Position numbers and translations under genes: made by a program
The notes under the pieces: generated by a model
What the model was told of the DNA's origin: nothing
The model's database searches: none
Seen by the model: only the letters and a program-made list of their open reading frames with translations
Source of the DNA: a bacterium
GTDB taxonomy: Bacteria; UBA8248; JACPRG01; G963555815
NCBI GenBank assembly: GCA_965261595.1
Contig: CBDHDG010000004.1
Span: 128,001 to 192,000 of the forward strand
Reading direction: 5' to 3'
Length of the DNA: 64,000 nt
Part shown: piece by piece, positions 60,608 to 64,000 of the stretch
Layout of the letters: every line of letters starts with the position of its first letter
How positions within the stretch are numbered: position 1 is the first letter of the stretch

Positions 60608-61690
60608 TCAAGGAACCTCCGCCAGAAGCGCGTCCGGATCTCCGTACTTGGCCGCGACCTCCCGGACCTCCGGGTCGTCCAGGATCAGGAGCCTCCCGGC
60701 GTCGATCACCCTTTGGCCCGCGTGATCCAGCGTGGGCTTCAACCCCCCGCCGTCCCAATGAAAGTCGCTCCAGATCCCCTCGAAGGGCCATAGGCCGAAC
60801 CCGATGTGGTAGACGCCGGCGCGCCGGTAGAGCAGGGTGTCGCAGGCCCGTTGTTTGAGACCTTCCCGGAGGCTGACGACGGGGCTGATCCCCCACGTGA
60901 TCTCGCAGCAATAATCGGCGTTGGGATAGCGCTTCATCATCTCGTTGAACCAGCGGGCCTCTTCGCCTCCCGAGCATTGCACGACCCGCTGTTCTTTGAT
61001 GAGCAGGTCCACCGGCTCGCTCAGGATGCCCGCCGTCCCCTCCCACGTCTCGAAGACGATCCGCCCGTTCACCGGCGGCGCCGGGTAGAGGGCGACGTTT
61101 CCGAAGGGAAAAAAAATCCAGGCCCCGCCCCGCAGCTTCCCGCCGCCCGAAAAGCCCGCCCCGTCCGGCCAGGCCTTGAGCCTCCCGCGGATATCCGTCC
61201 CGGTGGGTTCAGTCATGTGAAACTCGGCGTCCTGAACGAGGCCCGCGGACTTGCGCATGATGGTCCGGGCGATCTCAATCGGGTACCGCGCCCAATCCGA
61301 CGCGAGGAGGGCGCGCGTCGGCGTCATGCAGGCAGTGATTCGCAGGTCGTACTCGAACAGGCATCGCAGGATATGAATGTTGTCGATGGACGCAACGTTC
61401 AGGAGGGGAAGAAGCTGGATGACGCTGTGGCTCGCCTGGAGGGCCGCTTCGGTCGCCGCGCTCATCCGCTCGCCGAGGCGAAACTCGGGCGCCCGGTCCT
61501 GAAGGAGCGTCACTGTGGCACCGGCCTCTTCGGCGGCCTCGATCATCGCCTCCGCGACGCCGGGCTCGGGCGGCTCGTCGCGGTCGATCCAGACGAGGAC
61601 GGTCTCGCCCGGACCGACGCCTGAGTAGTTCAGGACGCAGTTGCGCGCACCTTCCTTTAGATCGGTCTCGTTCACGGTTGGATCGGGCAT
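60608..61690 (-). CDS. M29 aminopeptidase-like / NicX-like protein
   Basis: GV.PGETVLV, GTDI, NGRIV, PVDL.I...RVV, EITWGI, HIGFG, HWD pattern. Confidence 0.55.
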   Translation of the reverse strand: MPDPTVNETDLKEGARNCVLNYSGVGPGETVLVWIDRDEPPEPGVAEAMIEAAEEAGATVTLLQDRAPEFRLGERMSAATEAALQASHSVIQLLPLLNVASIDNIHILRCLFEYDLRITACMTPTRALLASDWARYPIEIARTIMRKSAGLVQDAEFHMTEPTGTDIRGRLKAWPDGAGFSGGGKLRGGAWIFFPFGNVALYPAPPVNGRIVFETWEGTAGILSEPVDLLIKEQRVVQCSGGEEARWFNEMMKRYPNADYCCEITWGISPVVSLREGLKQRACDTLLYRRAGVYHIGFGLWPFEGIWSDFHWDGGGLKPTLDHAGQRVIDAGRLLILDDPEVREVAAKYGDPDALLAEVP

Positions 61691-61777
61691 TTCACGAATT
61701 CCTCGTCAAGACGTCCGGGACGGCGCGCCTTCCGCGCCGCCCCGGACAACCAAAGACCTTTCGCTGGAACATGGGAC

Positions 61778-62816
61778 TTAATACTGGACGTTCATTTTCC
61801 GTTTTGGCACATACTTCACGTGGTACTTCGTGGTGTAGATGGAGCTCAAAGGCGCCTTCCTGGGTAGCTTGAAGTACTTGACCAGGGTGTCCCGCGTGTA
61901 TTCCATCTTTTTTGCGTCCTGAAAACCGATGCCGTTTTTCGTGGCGGTCGGGGTCAGAAGGTGGTCCATGGTCATTTCCCACATGTCCGCGGCGATGCCC
62001 CGGTTGGATTGGGGGTACTTCTTCATGAAGGCGGCGATGGCCGCTTTCGGGTTCTCAACGGCCCAGTTGTGGCCCTTGAGAATCGCCTGCGTCACTTTGC
62101 GGACCATGTTCTCGTTCGACTTGATCACGCTGTGGGTCGCGAAAATGCCGTTGGAGTAAATGTCCACGCCGAAGTCGCTGTAGAGAACCGAGCCGATCCG
62201 CTTGCCGATCTTGGCCGCCCCGCGGGCGAGGATGGGGTAGCTCGCGTTATAGCAGGCCCACACCGTCGATGCTGCCCTTGAGCACGGCCGGGATGCTGAC
62301 GCCGGGACCCATATCCACCCACTTCACCTTACCCAGGTCCACATTGTTGATCGCGGCCAGGGCGGGAAAAATCACGCGCGACCCGTCGCCCGGCGTCGCC
62401 GCGATTGACCGCCCCTCCAAGTCCTTGGGCGTCTTGATGCCTTTGCTCTTCAACGAGAAAATCACGTACATGGATTTGTCGTGAATGACGGCCGTCGACA
62501 TGAGCGGCCTTTCCTGGTTCCGGTCCGCATAGATGATCTGCGCGGCGATGTCGGCGAACCCAATCGGGGCCACGCCCGAGGCGACGTCTTTCACCGTGCG
62601 GCCCGAGCCGAACCCCCGCACAAAGTTGATGTCAATTCCGGACGCCTTGAAGTAGCCCTCACTCAAAGCCCCCGTAAAACCGGCGTGTTTACCGATTGGA
62701 ACCCAATCCAACGGAAACGTGACCTTCTCGGCGGCTTTGGCGGGGCCCAGGTTGAAACAGAACAAGACGGCGGCGATGGCGATCCCAACCGTCAGAAACC
62801 GGTGGATTCTTTTCAT
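61778..62816 (-). pseudogene. NMT1/THI5-like ABC substrate-binding protein, frameshifted near 62250
   Basis: Signal peptide, LDW.P.GKH, G.GS, TPKDLEGR in one frame; YSNGI..NPKAA continuation in another. Confidence 0.82.
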
Positions 62817-62991
62817 TTCACTCTTCTCCTTTGAACCGATGTCCCGAAAGGCCGCGGAAAGACACAACCTGCCCTTCCTGTCTGAATTTAAAACGGAATT
62901 TCCTATATTAAGACCTTGGCAAACTCTCCCGCTTGGATTATATTTGATCTCGTGAATGAAGATTGGATAACCCAAGCAAGGAGAGAATGTC

Positions 62992-63870
62992 ATGGACATC
63001 ATACAGGTTTTCGAGCAGTTTCCAACCCAAAAATCATGCATCGAACATCTTGAGGCGGCGCGGTGGAGGGGTACGCCGTGCTGTATGTACTGCGGATCCA
63101 TCAAGGTGGCCCGACACATTAAACGGTGGCGGTGCTATGACTGCCGGACCTCCTTCAGCGTTATGGTTGGCACGATCTTTCATCACACGCACCTTCCCCT
63201 TCAGAAATGGTTCCTGGCGATCTCCCTCATCCTGAACGCCAAGAAGGGGCTGTCCGCCCTTCAGCTTTCGCGCGATCTCAAGGTGAACAAGAACACGGCT
63301 TGGCGCATTGCCATGCAGATCCGAAAGTCCATGACGCAGGCCGGGCAACGAGAAATGCTCACCGGGATCGTGGAGATGGACGAAACCTATGTGGGCGGAA
63401 AACCACGGAAGGGAACCGGCAAGAAGGGTGACACATCGAAGCGCGGGCGCGGAACGGACAAGGCCCCCGTGGTCGGCGCTGTGGAGCGAGGCGGCCGGGT
63501 GACGGCCAAGGCCGTGAAGAAGGGGAGCATGAAGGCTAAGCACCTGAGAGCCTTTGTCCGGGAGCGAATCAAGACACATGAATCCGAGTTGATCACGGAT
63601 GAATACAAGGGCTATCTCGGAATGTCGAAAGTTCTCCCCCACAGGGTCATCCGTCACGACAAATGGTATGTGGACGGTGACATCCACACGAATACGATTG
63701 ACGGCTTCTGGGCCTTGCTGAAACGCGGGATGTTCGGCCAGTTCCACAGTGTGAGCCGGAAGCACCTGCAACGTTACGTGGACGAGTTCTGCTTCCGATT
63801 CAACCTGCGCGAGTCCGATCCCATTATGGCGTTCGAGTTTACCATCAACAGGGGTATGGGGGTGGCATGA
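62992..63870 (+). mobile_element. IS1595-family transposase; element probably extends past the window end
   Basis: Zn ribbon (CMYC, CYDC), GTIF..T.LPL.KW, EMDETYVGG, ITDEY, HTNTIDGFW, YVDEF.FRFN. Confidence 0.93.
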
Positions 63871-64000
63871 TGAGGGATAAACCACTGGAAGTCATTGCAG
63901 GCGCGCCGGATAGACCGTTGAGCATCGGGGATATCGAGATTCAATGCTACGTCCTGGAAGACGAGACAAGAGTTTTGTCACAATCCGGGATGTTCGCTGG
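63870..64000 (+). CDS. 5' part of a probable P63C-domain passenger gene (truncated by window)
   Basis: MRDKPLEVIAGAPDRPLSIGDIEIQCYVLEDETRVLSQ; the IG..EI.CYVLED..RVLSQ pattern is typical of P63C-protein N-termini; start overlaps the transposase stop. Confidence 0.6.
   Translation, partial: MRDKPLEVIAGAPDRPLSIGDIEIQCYVLEDETRVLSQSGMFA

Overview
GC-rich bacterial chromosomal window with no rRNA, tRNA or CRISPR array visible. It opens with an intact core block (proS-rimP-nusA-infB-DUF503-rbfA-truB-rpsO-pnp, 0.1-10.8 kb). A co-oriented cluster of exported TPR/cell-envelope genes follows (amidase, TPR protein, LPP20-like, FlgT-N-like, SpoIID/LytB, TPR-caspase; 11-18.6 kb). The rest is an accessory-rich region of catabolic and transport genes. 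Mobile elements: three copies of a 1.4-kb IS3-family element (each with its own 4-bp TSD; one nested in another IS3 element, one disrupting an ABC substrate-binding gene), an IS256, an IS1595 transposase with a passenger gene, and a 908-bp transposase-less cassette with ~85-bp inverted repeats and an 8-bp TSD abutting queF. Highlights: (1) a radical SAM gene whose TGA 'stop' very likely encodes selenocysteine (WYC-U-AEP tail plus a SECIS-like hairpin), in an operon with yggX and an ATP-grasp ligase; (2) the non-autonomous cassette, whose ends carry tandem NrdR-box-like motifs; (3) a dif-like XerCD site at 24.6 kb; (4) an unassigned ~180-nt structured intergenic element leading a bactofilin-DinB fusion operon. 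About ten frameshifts or nonsense codons fall in accessory genes and none in the core block; they may be real pseudogenes or long-read errors. All calls are by eye; no database searches were run.
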